This document shows, piece after piece, positions 12,317 to 12,918 of a stretch of 12,918 nucleotides of DNA (position 1 is its first letter; each line of letters begins with the position of its first letter). Source of the stretch: Candidatus Woesearchaeota archaeon (lineage in GTDB: Archaea > Nanobdellota > Nanobdellia > SCGC-AAA011-G17 > PNOQ01); contig CAYZTT010000014.1 in the NCBI GenBank assembly GCA_964481835.1, positions 1 through 12,918 on the forward strand, in the 5' to 3' direction. The position numbers and the translations under genes are program-made. The notes beneath the pieces were generated by a model. The model made no database searches and was not told the DNA's origin. It saw nothing but the letters and a program-made list of their open reading frames with translations.

Positions 12317-12918
12317 CTAAAATTCGTAATTTAAAAATAATCCTCCGGAGTGAGTATTTGGATCCCACTCTGCCGAAGCTGAAAGCCCCCGGTAGTCTGG
12401 GCTTGTAACCCCAATTCTTGGAAAGTATCCCCCGATAGAATTGCTAGAGAAATCATGCAGTATTCCATTCCCTTTCAAGGTATTAACTAAATAGCCTATC
12501 TGATCTGAAGGCACAGACCATGATTCCCCCAATATCTCTCCCGATAGAGAATACCCAGAATAAGTGGTTCTAGTCGCTTGATACCCAAAAGGATAGCTTA
12601 CAGAGACAGTAGTCCCCCAAGGCCCCCCCCTATTCGCTTGGACTCCCCAAAGAACATACCCAGTCTGATGATTAGCATTAATTGTTCCTGAAACAGTAGA
12701 TTCTTCTTCAACTCCCATTTCCCCAACATAAATCGAGCCAATATTTGCATGCCCCCTTAACAAAAGATTGGCAGTCAATGGAGTATTATAATTAAACCCT
12801 GCCGCTTCCAAGAAAGCACTAGACTCTCCAATAAAAGGCACGTTAATTCTTCCCGCCGGATTTCTCGCCGGGATGGCCGCGTCGGCGTTGGCTGAAATCG
12901 GTGCCAACGCGAAAGCCG
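12317..12918 (-). CDS. Secreted beta-rich protein ending in an OMP beta-signal-like motif (…GGLFLNYEF); 5' end lies beyond the window
   Basis: The frame stays open to the window edge and reads '..AFALAPISANA|DAAIP', the tail of a signal peptide with an AxA cleavage site. The M in the ORF track is a TTG. Alternating-hydrophobic strands include 'ANLLLRGHANIGSIYVGE', 'TGYVLWGVQAN', 'TTVSVSYPFGYQA' and 'YSGYSLSGEILG'. The C-terminus 'LFLNYEF' has a terminal Phe. Confidence 0.45.
   Translation of the reverse strand, partial: AFALAPISANADAAIPARNPAGRINVPFIGESSAFLEAAGFNYNTPLTANLLLRGHANIGSIYVGEMGVEEESTVSGTINANHQTGYVLWGVQANRGGPWGTTVSVSYPFGYQATRTTYSGYSLSGEILGESWSVPSDQIGYLVNTLKGNGILHDFSSNSIGGYFPRIGVTSPDYRGLSASAEWDPNTHSGGLFLNYEF

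Noticed and set aside
1-12918. CRISPR arrays, IS elements or transposases, rRNA genes, and long direct or inverted repeats
   Set aside because: Reading both strands, I found no regularly spaced repeats, no transposase-like ORFs and no rRNA-like segments. Spacers between genes are too short (mostly under 70 bp) to hide such elements.

Overview
This is a compact, gene-dense and very AT-rich window with 13 protein genes and 1 tRNA; most intergenic spacers are under 70 bp. It reads as archaeal. The evidence is a DRG-type GTPase with a TGS domain, a PIN-ATPase-KH protein of the archaeal PilT-like (COG1855) type, and a DacZ-type diadenylate cyclase. There is also a CCA-less tRNA-Leu(CAA), and TTTAWA-type TATA boxes sit about 24-28 nt upstream of nearly every start codon, implying leaderless mRNAs. 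A small-genome, DPANN-like archaeon is my inference and is not proven. The AT-rich housekeeping genes are rlmE, a DRG-like GTPase, mscS, trmI, the PIN-ATPase-KH gene, dacZ and an HPF-like gene. Interleaved with them are clearly GC-richer genes for secreted or surface proteins. These are a ~750-aa protein with roughly 50 cysteines and a C-terminal membrane anchor, and a membrane-anchored 5-bladed-propeller glycoside-hydrolase-like protein. They also include a signal-peptide protein made only of an RHS-core terminus plus a 260-aa unrecognisable C-terminal domain, and two convergent small proteins that look like bacterial outer-membrane beta-barrels. The best candidate for something new is the shell-less Rhs-core polymorphic-toxin-like gene at 7803-9062, which has an orphan C-terminal domain and no room for an immunity gene. 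Second is the OMP-like pair at the right edge, whose terminal gene has foreign-looking GC and codon usage. No CRISPR array, IS element, integrase or rRNA was seen. All homology calls are motif alignments made by eye; no searches were run.
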